This document shows positions 22,001 through 32,336 of a stretch of DNA of 64,000 bases, piece after piece; positions within the stretch are counted from its first letter, which is position 1, and every line of letters starts with the position of its first letter. The DNA comes from a phage, in sequence record PZ386970.1, one strand, 5' to 3'. The notes under the pieces were generated by a model. The model was not told where the DNA came from. It ran no database searches and saw nothing but the letters and a program-made list of their open reading frames with translations. The position numbers were made by a program, and so were the translations under genes.

Positions 22001-22887
22001 ATCATTTTTATTCTCAACGTAATAAAGATGGGAATATAGCGTTTAGCATTAATGGCACTGTAATGCCAATAAACATTAATGCTTCCGGTTTGATGAATGT
22101 GAATGGTGTTGCAACATTCGGTCGTTCAGTTACAGCCAATGGTGAATTCATTAGTAAGTCTGCAAATGCTTTCAGAGCAATTAGTGGTGATTACGGATTC
22201 TTTATTCGTAATGATGCTGCTAATACCTATTTTATGCTTACTGCATCAGGTGATCAGACTGGCGGATTTAATGGATTACGTCCTTTAGCTATTAATAATG
22301 CATCCGGCCAAGTAACGATTGGTGAAGGCTTAATCATTGCCAAAGGTGCTACTATAAATTCAGGTGGTTTAACTGTTAACTCGAGAATTCGTTCTCAGGG
22401 TTCTAAAACTGCTGATTTATACACTCGTGCTCCTACTGCTGATACAGTCGGATTCTGGTCAATTGATATTAACGATTCAGCCACTTATAACCAGTTCCCA
22501 GGTTATTTTAAAATGGTTGAAAAAACTAATGAAGTGACTGGGCTTCCATACTTAGAACGTGGCGAAGAAGTTAAATCTCCTGGTACTTTGACTCAATTTG
22601 GTAATACGCTTGATTCTCTTTACCAAGATTGGATTACTTATCCAACAACTCCAGAAGCACGTACAACCCGTTGGACACGTACATGGCAGAAAACTAAAAA
22701 TTCTTGGTCAAGTTTTGTTCAGGTATTTGATGGTGGAAACCCTCCTCAACCTTCTGATATTGGTGCTTTACCTTCTGATAATGCAACAATCGGAAACTTG
22801 ACAATAAGGGATTTCTTAAGGATTGGTAATGTCCGCATTATTCCAGACCCTGTGAATAAGTCTGTTAAATTCGAGTGGATTGAATAA
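19012..22887 (+). CDS. 34: gp34 long tail fibre proximal subunit
   Basis: 1291-aa ORF (T4 gp34 1289 aa); repetitive beta-structure motifs; first gene of the 34-38 late block. Confidence 0.9.
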   Translation: MADIKRKFRAEDGLDAGGDKIVNVALADRTVGTDGVNVDFLVQENTVQVYDSTRGYNKGFVVLYDNRLYQAINDIVSPSGAFNLLQWRAVRTDAQWITVASGAYQLSSGESISVNTGAGNDMVFTLPNAPVDGDTVVLADIGGRTGTVKVQINASVQSILNFRGEQVRTVLMTRPRSQLLFVFSNRLWQMYITDYGKESITVTPATPYQAQANDFIVRRFTSAAPINITLPRNANNGDIISLVDLDRLNPLYHTFVKTFDDTTSIGEVGTHIAEGRNDSDAFFVFDAANSLWRIWEGDQKSRLRIIRADSNIRPNEEVLIFGTNNITTGTINLTLPSGILSGDTVKISMNYMRKGQTVKIKAAEGDTIASTVALLQFPKRSEYPPDAQWVSVTELEFNGTTSYVPVLELAYIEDTVAGTRYWVVQQNVPTVERVDAGTDATRARLGVIALATQAQANVDLENTPAKEVAITPETLANRTATEARRGIAKIATTAQVNQNSTATFVDDTIVTPKKLNERTATETRRGLAEIATQAETDAGLDDTTIITPKKLQARQGSETLSGIVKYVSTTSATPAETRGTAGTNVYNKTVNNLTISPKALDQYKATYAQQGAVILAVDSEVIAGQSQSGYSHAVVTPETLHKKTSTDGRIGLIEIATQAETNAGTDYTRAVTPKTLNDRKATEGLSGIAEIATQVEFDTGTDDTRISTPLKIKTHFDSSDRTSVNSDSGLIEEGTLWNHYTLDISKANETQRGTLRVATQAESNAGTLDDVLITPKKLLGTKSTETSEGVIKVATQAETVTGTSANTAVSPKNLKWIVQNEPTWAATTAIRGFVKTSSGSITFVGNDTQGSTQDLNLYEKNSYAISPYELNRVLANYLPLKAKAADANLLDGLDSSQFIRRDIAQTVNGSLTLTQQTNLSAPLVSTSTATFGGSVSANSTLTISNTGTATRLIFEKGPQTGTNPAQTMSIRVWGNQFGGGSDTTRSTVFEVGDETSNHFYSQRNKDGNIAFSINGTVMPININASGLMNVNGVATFGRSVTANGEFISKSANAFRAISGDYGFFIRNDAANTYFMLTASGDQTGGFNGLRPLAINNASGQVTIGEGLIIAKGATINSGGLTVNSRIRSQGSKTADLYTRAPTADTVGFWSIDINDSATYNQFPGYFKMVEKTNEVTGLPYLERGEEVKSPGTLTQFGNTLDSLYQDWITYPTTPEARTTRWTRTWQKTKNSWSSFVQVFDGGNPPQPSDIGALPSDNATIGNLTIRDFLRIGNVRIIPDPVNKSVKFEWIE

Positions 22888-22895
22888 GAGGTATT

Positions 22896-24023
22896 ATGGA
22901 AAAATTTATGGCTAAGTTTGGACAAGGATACGTCCAAACGCCATTTTTATCGGAAAGCAATTCAGTACGATTTAAATTAAGCATAGCGGGCTCTTGTCCG
23001 CTATCAACATCTCCTACTTATATTAAGTTCCAAGATAATCCACTCGGGTCCCAGGTTTTTTCCGTTGGATTAAACGTTCGTGTAATAAATCCTACAACAG
23101 GTGCAGTAGTTGAATCTAAGTCATATAATTTCTCTACTGAAAACGACGCCACGTCAAGTGCATTTGTTACTTACATGGACACATATGCTTCAAATTTTAT
23201 ATTTGCTCTTGTTACTAACGCTAAAACAAACTTTCCTCCTGAAGTTCTTGCATGGTTTACTAAAGCTGGAAGTTCTGTTATTCCATTAGCTCAACAAGTT
23301 TTAAATATAGTGGACATTTCTTATTCGGCATTTTATATTTCTGGTAAGAATGCTATAGCACTAGAACATATTAAGTATAGTAATAAGAAAACTTCAACTG
23401 ACTATAGTACACCACTTGATGTTGTGTACGACACTATCAATGATATCGGTGCTACCGGCTTCCCTAGTCGTACGTATGAATCGACAGACACATTTTTATC
23501 TGCTGTTGGGGGTACTAATAATGAAATTAAAAGGATGCCTACAACATCCCTTATTACACCTCTCGCCGGGTATAAATTGAAGCCTGGAGATTTCCTTTAT
23601 ACGAAATTCCAACTAACAGCAGATGCTGATTTGTTAGCACAAGGGACGACACGACTTTCTATTCGTTTCTTTAAATCTCCTTCTACTTCACCTATTTCAT
23701 TTAAGGATATAAACTTTGATGGGAACGCAGGTGAATGGAAGATATATGAAGACTACATAGAAATTCCTGCTGGTGCTGACGGGTTCACGATTTATTGTTA
23801 TCGTACAGCTCCAGTCGGGCAAGGTGGATTAAGAAACGTTATATTCACTGAAGTATCATGTAATGGAAGCGTTTCAAAACCTGCCGAGTTTGGTATAAAT
23901 GGTATTCGTGTAAATTATGTTTCAGAATCTTTAAGTGCCCCAGACATAATGACATTACCTACTCAATCTTCAACCGATACTGGTAAGGTATTTGGACAAG
24001 AATTTAAAGAAGCATCAGAATAA
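22896..24023 (+). CDS. 35: gp35 long tail fibre hinge connector
   Basis: 375-aa ORF immediately after 34. Confidence 0.85.
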   Translation: MEKFMAKFGQGYVQTPFLSESNSVRFKLSIAGSCPLSTSPTYIKFQDNPLGSQVFSVGLNVRVINPTTGAVVESKSYNFSTENDATSSAFVTYMDTYASNFIFALVTNAKTNFPPEVLAWFTKAGSSVIPLAQQVLNIVDISYSAFYISGKNAIALEHIKYSNKKTSTDYSTPLDVVYDTINDIGATGFPSRTYESTDTFLSAVGGTNNEIKRMPTTSLITPLAGYKLKPGDFLYTKFQLTADADLLAQGTTRLSIRFFKSPSTSPISFKDINFDGNAGEWKIYEDYIEIPAGADGFTIYCYRTAPVGQGGLRNVIFTEVSCNGSVSKPAEFGINGIRVNYVSESLSAPDIMTLPTQSSTDTGKVFGQEFKEASE

Positions 24024-24028
24024 ATTTA

Positions 24029-24053
24029 GGGAGACTTCGGTCTCCCATTTTTG
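24029..24053 (+). terminator. intrinsic terminator hairpin after gene 35 (GGGAGAC-UUCG-GUCUCCC + U-tract)
   Basis: perfect hairpin followed by ATTTTTG; directly upstream of gene 36 late promoter. Confidence 0.6.
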
Positions 24054-24061
24054 TATAAATA
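24054..24061 (+). promoter_or_regulatory. T4 late promoter (TATAAATA) for genes 36-37
   Basis: exact TATAAATA ~25 nt upstream of gene 36 ATG. Confidence 0.7.
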
Positions 24062-24085
24062 TGGTATACATATAAGGAGACAACT

Positions 24086-24745
24086 ATGGCCGATTTAAAA
24101 GCTGGTAGTACAACTGGTGGTGCCGTTATATGGCATCAAGGTAATTTCCCTTTAATGCCAGCAGGTGATGACGTCCTGTATAAAACGTTTAAACTCTATT
24201 CAGAATATAATAAACCACAAGCTGTTGATAACGATTTCGTTTCTAAAGCAAATGGTGGTACTTATTTAAATAAGGTAATTTTTAATAAAGGAATGACTGT
24301 CCCTGGCGCAGGATCAGGTGACAATGGTATTTTTGCTGGTCCTGGTGATAATGCCACGTATGATACTACAAATATGGATATTGTTTCGTGGTACGGTATT
24401 GGTTTTAAATCATCACAAGGTTCAGCAGCCCGAACTGTTGTAATTAATACACGTAATGGTGATATTAGCACAAAAGGTGTTGTATCAGCATCAGGTCAAG
24501 TAAGAAGTGATGCGGCTGCTCCTATAGCAGCAAATGACCTTACTCGTAAAGATTATGTTGATGGACGAATAAATATTGTTACGGATAACGCAAATTCCCG
24601 TGTATTGCGTAAAGGCGATACCATGACTGGTACTTTAACAGCACCAAACTTTTTCTCACAGAATCCGGCCTCCGAGGCTAATCATGTTCCTCGTTTCGAC
24701 CAGATTGTAATTAAAGATTCTGTTCAAGATTTCGGCTATTATTAA
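24086..24745 (+). CDS. 36: gp36 long tail fibre distal connector
   Basis: 219-aa ORF (T4 gp36 221 aa). Confidence 0.85.
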   Translation: MADLKAGSTTGGAVIWHQGNFPLMPAGDDVLYKTFKLYSEYNKPQAVDNDFVSKANGGTYLNKVIFNKGMTVPGAGSGDNGIFAGPGDNATYDTTNMDIVSWYGIGFKSSQGSAARTVVINTRNGDISTKGVVSASGQVRSDAAAPIAANDLTRKDYVDGRINIVTDNANSRVLRKGDTMTGTLTAPNFFSQNPASEANHVPRFDQIVIKDSVQDFGYY

Positions 24746-24753
24746 GAGGACTT

Positions 24754-27700
24754 ATGGCTACATTAAAACAGATACAATTTAAAAGAAGCAAAGTGGCAGG
24801 AGTTAATCCTACTGCAGCACAATTAGCCGAAGGCGAATTAGCGATAAACTTAAAAGACCGAACTCTTTTTACTAAAGATGACCTCGGTAATATTATTAGC
24901 CTAGGCTTTGCTAAGGGCGGGGATATTAACGGTAATGTAACTCAAACCGGCGATTATTTACAAAACGGCACATATAATCTTAATGGAAACCAGTTTGTTT
25001 ATGCAGGAAAGTATATTGAATTCTTGCCAAAAACTGCTGGAAACGGCGCCTGGGCTAACCAACATCTGAATAAAGCCCCTATCTTTACAGATTTGAGTTC
25101 AACTACTTCAACTTCTGAATATCATCCGCTGATTAAACAACGCTATAAAGATGGAACTTTTTCTGTCGGTACATTAGTAAATGAAGGAAGTTTTAAGATT
25201 CATTATATCAATGAATCTGGGGATTCGAAATATTGGACTTTTAATCGAAACGGTAATTTCATCGTAGATTCTGGTAGTATTGAAGTTCGTGCTGGTAATA
25301 TTTCCGCTTCTGGAAATATTAATTCAGCTACTGGTGTAATTTCTGCACCTCGTGTTATCACAAAAAATATTAATTTAAGTACAAAGACTTTTATTCCTAA
25401 TAACGACGCTGGGTATGATTTAGTTTCTTTGCCTACTTGGATTTATAATCCGCCGGCAGATGGTTCTGACCGTAATACAAATGGTCTTAACTACATCCGT
25501 AAGATGAGGGCTTCAAATACTTCTAGTATTTTCCATGAAATAGTTGATTGTCGTTCAGGAAAGCCACAAGAAATTTCTTGGTGGACAGGCGTAGGTCCAG
25601 AATCTTTCCAATGGGCGTTTGATACTTCTGGGCGTATTACCGCAGGTAAATCTATTTCAGTAGGTCTTCCTGATAACGGTTCAAATGGACGTTATCCTTT
25701 AGATTCTGCCATTTCTATTGGTATTGCAATTGGTGATAACGACACCGGTATTAAATGGGTCCGCGACGGTGTTATTGATTTCATGGCTAACGGTATTTCA
25801 TCCGCTACCATTTTGAATAACGGTATTAACAGCACCAAGAAATTGATGGTTGGTTATAGCCGAGATTCAGGTTCTACTTGGGATTTCCCAAATAACAACC
25901 AAGCAATGTTTACTGCTCGTACTGATATTGATGGCAATAATAACGGTGATGGTCAGACTCATATCGGTTATAACAGCAATTCTAAAATGTATCACTATTT
26001 CCGTGGCACGGGTCGTATGGCTGTTGGTATGGCAGAAGGTTTAATTGTTGAGCCTGGCATTTTAGATATTAAAACCGGTTCAAATTCGTTAAATTTGCGT
26101 GCTGATGGTACCATCGCTTCGGTTCAAACGTTAAAACTTAATAATGGATTATATTTTAATGGTGATGGAACTAATGCTTCTCTAGTTTTTAAAGCAGCTT
26201 CAGGTATTGATGGTACTAAGCAAATAATGTGGGAAGGTGGTACTCGTGCTGGGCAGAATAAAAGCTACGTAACTGTTAAAGCATGGGGTAATTCATTTAA
26301 CGCATCCGGCGATCGTAATCGTGAAACTGTATTTGAAGTTAGTGACGGGCAAGGATATTATTTTTATTCACAGCGTGTGGCTCCAAGTGGCTCTGAAACT
26401 ACTGGGCCTGTTGTAACCCAGTTCAATGGACAAGTTAATGCTAGAGGAAGCTTAATAACCGACGGAAGTCTTAGAGTTAACGGATTAAGCACTCTAGTTG
26501 GCAACGTTACAATGAATAATGGATTGTTTGTTCAAGGTGGTGCCTCAATTACCGGACAGGTTAAAATTGGTGGAACAGCTGATGCATTAAGAATTTGGAA
26601 TGCTGAATACGGGGCTATTTTCCGCCGCTCGGAAGCATCATTATATATTATTCCGACTCCTAAAGATGCTGGTGAAAGCGGTGGAATAAGTAATCTTAGA
26701 CCATTGATAATAGAACTGAACACTGGCACAGTTAAAATGTCGCATGATGTTCATTTAGGAGATTCTGGATCTGGTACAGGATTATTACAAGTAAGTAATA
26801 GTCTTAAAACTATTAAAATGATATGCCCAGTAACTATTAACGAACGTAATGCAGCGCTTACTCTAGATTCTCCTTCATCTTCTTCTGCTAATTATTTACA
26901 GGGTTCTAAAGCTGGAACTAGATCGTGGTATGTTGGTCTTGGTGGCTCAGGAAATGATTTATCACTTTATAGTCAATCTTATGGCCATGGTATTGTTATA
27001 AGCGATAATTTCGTGTCAATTACTAAACCATTAAAAGTTGGTAATGCTCAATTCGGTACCGATGGTAACATCACTGGCGGTACTGGTAATTTTGCTAACT
27101 TGAATACCACAATAAATAACCTTAAGACGGATATTGTGTCGAGTTACCCAATTGGTGCTCCGATTCCTTGGCCTACTGATACACCTCCTGAAGGTTATGC
27201 CATAATGGAAGGCCAGACGTTTGATGTTGGCTTGTATCCTAAGTTAGCTGCGGTGTATCCTTCTGGCGCTCTGCCTGATATGCGTGGTCAGACGATTAAA
27301 GGTAAACCATCTGGGCGTGCTGTATTGAGTACAGAAGCAGACGGTGTTAAGTCACATAGTCATAGTGCAAGTGCATCAAGCACAGATTTGGGTACTAAGA
27401 CCACTTCTAGTTTTGATTACGGTAGCAAAACGACTTCAAGCTTTGATTATGGTACTAAGACCAGTAATACCACTGGCAACCACAACCATACAGTGAGTGG
27501 TAATACTAGTTCAGCAGGAGCTCACCAACACGCTCGTTCAGGCCCTCAAATGCAAGGCGGCATACCAACTAGCATATTCTATGATGGATACAATAGCGCG
27601 GGTCCAAACGGCAACGCTAAAATCACTGGAACCGTGAGTGGTGCTACTGCATCGTCGAATATGGCCAAAACTTCTTCAGATGGTGCCCACACCCACAGTT

Positions 27701-27900
27701 GGTCAGGAACCACTAGTGCTACGGGTAACCATGCTCATACCGTGGGTATTGGTGCTCATACCCATTCGGTAGGTATTGGTGCTCATACTCATACTGTTGC
27801 AATTGGTTCCCATGGACATACAATAACTGTAAATGCCACAGGAAATACAGAAAACACAGTTAAAAACGTTGCTTTTAACTATATCGTTCGTTTAGCATAA
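24754..27900 (+). CDS. 37: gp37 long tail fibre distal subunit (receptor-binding)
   Basis: 1048-aa ORF; C-terminal His-x-His boxes ([34 protein letters not shown]) and terminal [11 protein letters not shown] as in T4 gp37. Confidence 0.9.
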   Translation: MATLKQIQFKRSKVAGVNPTAAQLAEGELAINLKDRTLFTKDDLGNIISLGFAKGGDINGNVTQTGDYLQNGTYNLNGNQFVYAGKYIEFLPKTAGNGAWANQHLNKAPIFTDLSSTTSTSEYHPLIKQRYKDGTFSVGTLVNEGSFKIHYINESGDSKYWTFNRNGNFIVDSGSIEVRAGNISASGNINSATGVISAPRVITKNINLSTKTFIPNNDAGYDLVSLPTWIYNPPADGSDRNTNGLNYIRKMRASNTSSIFHEIVDCRSGKPQEISWWTGVGPESFQWAFDTSGRITAGKSISVGLPDNGSNGRYPLDSAISIGIAIGDNDTGIKWVRDGVIDFMANGISSATILNNGINSTKKLMVGYSRDSGSTWDFPNNNQAMFTARTDIDGNNNGDGQTHIGYNSNSKMYHYFRGTGRMAVGMAEGLIVEPGILDIKTGSNSLNLRADGTIASVQTLKLNNGLYFNGDGTNASLVFKAASGIDGTKQIMWEGGTRAGQNKSYVTVKAWGNSFNASGDRNRETVFEVSDGQGYYFYSQRVAPSGSETTGPVVTQFNGQVNARGSLITDGSLRVNGLSTLVGNVTMNNGLFVQGGASITGQVKIGGTADALRIWNAEYGAIFRRSEASLYIIPTPKDAGESGGISNLRPLIIELNTGTVKMSHDVHLGDSGSGTGLLQVSNSLKTIKMICPVTINERNAALTLDSPSSSSANYLQGSKAGTRSWYVGLGGSGNDLSLYSQSYGHGIVISDNFVSITKPLKVGNAQFGTDGNITGGTGNFANLNTTINNLKTDIVSSYPIGAPIPWPTDTPPEGYAIMEGQTFDVGLYPKLAAVYPSGALPDMRGQTIKGKPSGRAVLSTEADGVKSHSHSASASSTDLGTKTTSSFDYGSKTTSSFDYGTKTSNTTGNHNHTVSGNTSSAGAHQHARSGPQMQGGIPTSIFYDGYNSAGPNGNAKITGTVSGATASSNMAKTSSDGAHTHSWSGTTSATGNHAHTVGIGAHTHSVGIGAHTHTVAIGSHGHTITVNATGNTENTVKNVAFNYIVRLA

Positions 27901-27906
27901 GGAGAA

Positions 27907-27925
27907 GGGACTTCTGTCCCTTTTT
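27907..27925 (+). terminator. hairpin + U-tract after gene 37
   Basis: GGGAC-TTCT-GTCCC followed by TTTTT. Confidence 0.5.
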
Positions 27926-27930
27926 ATAAT

Positions 27931-28482
27931 ATGAAACTCTATCACTATTATTTTGACACTAAAGAATTTTACAAAGAAGAAAATTATAAACCATTAAAAG
28001 GCGTAGGATTTCCGGCTCATTCGACACCAAAAAAACCTTTAGACCCTAAAGAAGGCTATGCTGTTATATTTGACGAACGCGAACAAGAATGGGTATATGT
28101 TGAAGACCATCGCGGAAAAACAGTATGGACTTATGATAAACAAAAAATTGTTATTGACACTCCAGGTGCTCTTCAAAATGTTACTACAGAAGAACCTGGT
28201 GAATTTGACATTTGGACCGACGACGGGTGGAAGGAAGATGAAGCATATAAACGTGTAGTTCAACGTGATAAGAAAATTCATGAACTCTATAAATTATTCA
28301 GTGTTTTAAGTTCTCTTATTGACGCAGAGGTTGCTAATAGAGAAGAAAAACGAAAATTTAAAGAGCTCAAAAAATTCTTTGCCCTTTTAGAAAAACATGA
28401 ACATCTTGGCGGCGAATTCCCTAAATTCCCTGACCTTGAAAACAAATCTATTATCAAAGCGATTATAAATATCTTTAAGTAA
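27931..28482 (+). CDS. 38: gp38 tail fibre assembly chaperone (T4-type)
   Basis: 183-aa ORF MKLYHYYFDTKEFYKEENYKP... equal in length and N-terminus to T4 gp38. Confidence 0.85.
   Translation: MKLYHYYFDTKEFYKEENYKPLKGVGFPAHSTPKKPLDPKEGYAVIFDEREQEWVYVEDHRGKTVWTYDKQKIVIDTPGALQNVTTEEPGEFDIWTDDGWKEDEAYKRVVQRDKKIHELYKLFSVLSSLIDAEVANREEKRKFKELKKFFALLEKHEHLGGEFPKFPDLENKSIIKAIINIFK
28464..28471 (+). promoter_or_regulatory. T4 late promoter (TATAAATA) for holin t
   Basis: exact TATAAATA followed by AAGGAGG RBS and ATG at 28492. Confidence 0.7.
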
Positions 28483-28491
28483 GGAGGTATT

Positions 28492-29151
28492 ATGGCAACA
28501 CCAAAAGTGTCATTTTCGCCTAGTGATATTCTATTTGGGTTGCTAGATCGTATTTTCAAAGATAACGCTACTGGAAAGGTTTTAATGTCCCGAGTAGCGG
28601 TAATTATTCTTTTGTTCCTAATGGCACTAATATGGTACAAAGGAAGTATTTTGCTGGATTATTATGTAAGATCTAAGTATGATACTTATACTGAAATAAT
28701 CCAAAAAGAACGAGCTTTACGTTTTGAATCTGCGGCTCTAGAACAACTGCAAATAGTTCATATCTCATCTGGTGCAGATTTTAGTGCTGTGTATTCTTTC
28801 AGACCTAAAAACTTAAATTATTTCGTCGACCTTATAGCTTATGAAGGCAAACTGCCTAGCACAATTTCTGAAAAGTCCCTTGGAGGATTCCCAGTAGATA
28901 AAACGGCCAATGAATATATAATTCATTTAAGTGGCCGTCATTTCTCGTCTAAATCAGAATTTGCATTTTTGCCTACAAAATCTAAGACTGCCGAACTTTC
29001 TTATATGTATAGTTGTCCATACTTTAATTTGGATAACATCTATGCTGGAACTGTGACGATGTATTGGTATAAGGGGAATAATATACTTGAGGAAGATCGC
29101 TTAGCGGCTATATGCAACCAAGCGGTCCGAATACTAGGAAGGGCTAAATAA
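28492..29151 (+). CDS. t: holin
   Basis: 219-aa ORF with single N-proximal transmembrane segment and large periplasmic domain; sequence closely matches T4 T. Confidence 0.9.
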   Translation: MATPKVSFSPSDILFGLLDRIFKDNATGKVLMSRVAVIILLFLMALIWYKGSILLDYYVRSKYDTYTEIIQKERALRFESAALEQLQIVHISSGADFSAVYSFRPKNLNYFVDLIAYEGKLPSTISEKSLGGFPVDKTANEYIIHLSGRHFSSKSEFAFLPTKSKTAELSYMYSCPYFNLDNIYAGTVTMYWYKGNNILEEDRLAAICNQAVRILGRAK

Positions 29152-29424
29152 TTAGTTGTTAGAATACATCGCTAAATGACGATAAATATTTTCAAAACCT
29201 TCATTGAATTCACTAATCAGTGTTTTCTTTTCTTCGGCAGTTAAATTTGTAATTAGTTTTCTGAACGAATTCTGATTTAGCTGCCGACCATCTTTTTTAA
29301 TTCCAATCTCATTCAAGAATCCGATGAAACTTGCTCGGTCTTCAACAATATCTTCCCTAGAGAATTTAATCAAAATAGAAGCAATAGTAATAATTTCACG
29401 TACGATTTCAATATCTTTATTCAT
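29152..29424 (-). CDS. asiA: AsiA anti-sigma70 factor
   Basis: 90-aa ORF MNKDIEIVREIITIASILIKFSREDIVE... matching T4 AsiA. Confidence 0.88.
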   Translation of the reverse strand: MNKDIEIVREIITIASILIKFSREDIVEDRASFIGFLNEIGIKKDGRQLNQNSFRKLITNLTAEEKKTLISEFNEGFENIYRHLAMYSNN

Positions 29425-29470
29425 AACGTTTTATTCATTCCACTTAATTGATAGGAGTATAGTACCATTA

Positions 29471-29632
29471 TCAGTGTTGATTGTAAACGACTTTTTCTAC
29501 GCTTTTAACGTAATCAATGTAGTCTTCCTGTTCGTACGAGTTTAAGGCTAAGAACGAGGCTAATAGTTCATTATAGACTAAAGCCTCACGCTCACGTTCG
29601 GCCTCTACTACGTTCTGAAGATTATGACTCAT
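29471..29632 (-). CDS. hypothetical protein
   Basis: track ORF 29471..29686 trimmed to internal ATG with AAGGAA RBS. Confidence 0.4.
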   Translation of the reverse strand: MSHNLQNVVEAEREREALVYNELLASFLALNSYEQEDYIDYVKSVEKVVYNQH

Positions 29633-29921
29633 ATCGTTCCTTATAGCTATCAATGTAGTCCTGTATGTCAAAGAATGACATTTCATATTCTAGGACATTA
29701 AGAGCCCGTTCTTCAGTATAGTCAGAACCAAAGACGATAGTGATTTCACCAGGCTTCATATGGTTGAAATCGACACTAAAAGGAATACGAGAACACACTT
29801 CGTCTGCCATATCTACGATAACACTACGGCACACTTCTCGGTTAACCTGATAAAGCTCTGCAAGTTCTTCACAACGAATAACAAGTTCAGTGGCAGGATT
29901 TTCTTTGATTTTAGTAAACAT
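29622..29921 (-). CDS. hypothetical protein (occupies T4 arn/motA.1 region)
   Basis: 99-aa acidic ORF from track; T4 Arn sequence not recalled so no homology claimed. Confidence 0.45.
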   Translation of the reverse strand: MFTKIKENPATELVIRCEELAELYQVNREVCRSVIVDMADEVCSRIPFSVDFNHMKPGEITIVFGSDYTEERALNVLEYEMSFFDIQDYIDSYKERYES

Positions 29922-29995
29922 AGTCTTTACCCTTATGTTTTTGTTTGCGTTTAGATTGAAGTTCTGATTTCTTCTTGTCCTTATGGACAGAAGCC

Positions 29996-30223
29996 TTATT
30001 GAAATCGTGTTTTGCTACAAGATTGTTCATAATGATTTATAACCTCGTTTAAACATTTATCGGTAAAAGAAAACTTTTTAGCCACAGAACATTCGATAAT
30101 GTGCTCTTTCAAATCTTTAGGGTCGGTATAACCCATCTCAGTAATAAAGTGGCGAATTAAAGCTTTATTCTTATCATTAACAGAATTAAAATAATCTGCT
30201 TTAGAATCAATTATTCTCATCAT
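29996..30223 (-). CDS. hypothetical protein
   Basis: 75-aa ORF from track. Confidence 0.4.
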   Translation of the reverse strand: MMRIIDSKADYFNSVNDKNKALIRHFITEMGYTDPKDLKEHIIECSVAKKFSFTDKCLNEVINHYEQSCSKTRFQ

Positions 30224-30488
30224 CTAATTTCCTTAATTGATATTGCAACGAGCTAATAATTTCTTCGTTCATTTTAATATACATGTCGCGCAAGAAAGGT
30301 TTTAACCCATCACGAATAATTGCTAACGTATCACCTTTACATAAATTAACCAAATAAGGATGATCTAAAGCATCCCAACCAGGCTGATTAGCATACATAC
30401 CATAATTTTCTTCCATCATAGCATTCAGGCGTTTGATATGATTAATGTGGGCTTCAATAGCATCAATCTGGAGTTGTTTAAGATTCAT
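30207..30488 (-). CDS. hypothetical protein
   Basis: 93-aa ORF from track. Confidence 0.45.
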   Translation of the reverse strand: MNLKQLQIDAIEAHINHIKRLNAMMEENYGMYANQPGWDALDHPYLVNLCKGDTLAIIRDGLKPFLRDMYIKMNEEIISSLQYQLRKLDDENN

Positions 30489-30949
30489 TAGTAAAGGTCC
30501 TCAGAGTAAAGTTCTTTTTCATTACCACCACGTTCAATACGTACTTGTCCAGCGTAAGTTGCAATAATCATTGCTTCTTCACGTGTCCAATAATTACTAT
30601 ATTGGTCAATAAACCCTTGGTCATCATCACAAACTTGTTGAGTAACTAATTGAGGTTTAACTACATCTAAAACTTCTGCCATATCTTTAGAATAATGACG
30701 AGCACCTGGAATAATAAGAGTTCGTCCATCTTTTAATTTAAAACGGTTGGCTGCACAGACAATTCGTCGTTGATACTTTTGGTTTTCATCCCAATACAAA
30801 GTCTGCCAACAGATTTCAGGAACTTCATCTAAAACATTTTGTTCTGTATATTCACCACCATAAGAAGCTAATTTGGCAGCCAGACTTTCCGGGGTCTCAC
30901 GCGACAAAGCTTTATCTAACAGAGCTAAACGTTCTTTAAAAGTTTTCAT
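30488..30949 (-). CDS. hypothetical protein
   Basis: 153-aa ORF from track. Confidence 0.5.
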   Translation of the reverse strand: MKTFKERLALLDKALSRETPESLAAKLASYGGEYTEQNVLDEVPEICWQTLYWDENQKYQRRIVCAANRFKLKDGRTLIIPGARHYSKDMAEVLDVVKPQLVTQQVCDDDQGFIDQYSNYWTREEAMIIATYAGQVRIERGGNEKELYSEDLY

Positions 30950-31290
30950 TTAAACCATCCTTTAATACGTTGCCACAAAGTTTTCTGCTGAGCTTTGTTA
31001 ACACCAATTGAACGAATAACCGGTTGTGACTGCTGATATTCTTTATAATCTTCTTTATAGATTTCGTAAGCTGCATCAACAAATGAACTGATCGCTGCCA
31101 TGTAGTTTTTACGTATACCGCCAGGAGCTACTCCATTAGGGAATTCAGAATTTTCGCGAATAATTAAATATAGCCCAGCTCTAACTTTAACGATAGTTCC
31201 AAGATAAGCCCCGTGGTACCAAATATCCCATCCTTCCTGAGTAGGTTCTGCACATTTACGAAGTTCGTTAATAATATTCAGCTTATTCAT
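30946..31290 (-). CDS. hypothetical protein
   Basis: 114-aa ORF from track. Confidence 0.5.
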   Translation of the reverse strand: MNKLNIINELRKCAEPTQEGWDIWYHGAYLGTIVKVRAGLYLIIRENSEFPNGVAPGGIRKNYMAAISSFVDAAYEIYKEDYKEYQQSQPVIRSIGVNKAQQKTLWQRIKGWFK

Positions 31291-31300
31291 TATGTATTCC

Positions 31301-31933
31301 TCACAGTACGTTAGTTACAAGGGTAATGATTTCTTTGGACACATTAGGGAAGTCAATGTAAGTATATTTACCACCGATTTTAATCTTAACATCATTTTCA
31401 AGAGAAGTAAACAGCTTTGATTCAGTTTCTGACATGTTGTATGCAAAGATTCTAAGAGCGCCATCTCGTCGAATTTCAATTTGGCGAATACCTAGAACTC
31501 GTTTTGCAAATCGAACTTCTAAGTTACTACGGTTTTCACCAATTTCTTTAACTTCAACTTTATCTTTAATATTTTCAAAAACAAAGTTTGCTAGTTCATG
31601 CATTTCAGGAGTAACTCCACGTGCTTTTCTAGTGTTACGTTTCTGAAGAAGTTCTGGAGCATTTTCTTGGGCAAAGAGGTCTGCAGCTTTTTGGATAATA
31701 TCCATTGCTTCGCCTGTTGCTACAAGTCCATCACCGGATTTTTCGACTAAACCTTTCTTAATCAATACACCAATGTTAGAGTTAACAACTGATGCATTGT
31801 ATTCTGCTTCCAGAGCTTCACGGACATTGGCAGCAGTGGTGAAGTTGTTCTTAATGATATAAACCATTATTGCAGCAGTTTTTTCATTCAGAGCGTTTTC
31901 AGAAGCTTTGATGATGTAAGTAACTTTAGACAT
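31301..31933 (-). CDS. motA: MotA middle-transcription activator
   Basis: 210-aa ORF (T4 MotA 211 aa), N-terminus MSKVTYIIKAS... and GVLIKKGLVEKSGDGL block as in T4. Confidence 0.85.
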   Translation of the reverse strand: MSKVTYIIKASENALNEKTAAIMVYIIKNNFTTAANVREALEAEYNASVVNSNIGVLIKKGLVEKSGDGLVATGEAMDIIQKAADLFAQENAPELLQKRNTRKARGVTPEMHELANFVFENIKDKVEVKEIGENRSNLEVRFAKRVLGIRQIEIRRDGALRIFAYNMSETESKLFTSLENDVKIKIGGKYTYIDFPNVSKEIITLVTNVL

Positions 31934-31970
31934 TTTATTTCTCCAAATTAGTATTTGTTTTGATAGGTCT

Positions 31971-31999
31971 ATAATATCATGTTTGAAGCAAAAGTAAAC
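31971..31999 (-). promoter_or_regulatory. T4 early-type promoter upstream of motA
   Basis: minus strand GTTTAC, 17-nt spacer, TATTAT; nearly identical copy at 32292-32320. Confidence 0.55.
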
Positions 32000-32036
32000 T
32001 TTATTTTGGGCTCTTTTTCAAAAGCCCTGGTAAAAT

Positions 32037-32252
32037 TTACAAACTCATTTCTTTAATAAGGCCAATAAGTTTTGCCTTTTTAGAACGAAGCTTTTCTAAA
32101 TGATATCCGTTTGAACCGCGAACAACTAAAGAATTGATTTCAACTTCTAAGAAATTTAATTCTTCAACAAGTGCTTTACGGGGAGCATTCATACCAGGTT
32201 TAGCTTTACCGAAACGAGTAGTTGTGTTTTGGGTTAATTTCATTTTAGACAT
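32037..32252 (-). CDS. hypothetical small basic protein
   Basis: 71-aa ORF from track with own duplicated promoter/5'UTR. Confidence 0.5.
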   Translation of the reverse strand: MSKMKLTQNTTTRFGKAKPGMNAPRKALVEELNFLEVEINSLVVRGSNGYHLEKLRSKKAKLIGLIKEMSL

Positions 32253-32291
32253 TTTATTTCTCCAATTTGGTTGTTTTGTTTTGATAGGTCT

Positions 32292-32320
32292 ATAATATCA
32301 TGTTTGAAGCACATGTAAAC
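32292..32320 (-). promoter_or_regulatory. T4 early-type promoter (duplicate of motA promoter cassette)
   Basis: ~70 bp of promoter and leader nearly identical to 31931-31999. Confidence 0.55.
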
Positions 32321-32336
32321 TGTTTTGTGAGAAAAA

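Noticed and set aside
27340-27800. Histidine-rich repeats (HTHS, HAHT, HGHT) in gp37
   Set aside because: Initially looked like a low-complexity or metal-binding oddity, but these are the conserved HxH iron-coordinating boxes of the T4 gp37 needle domain
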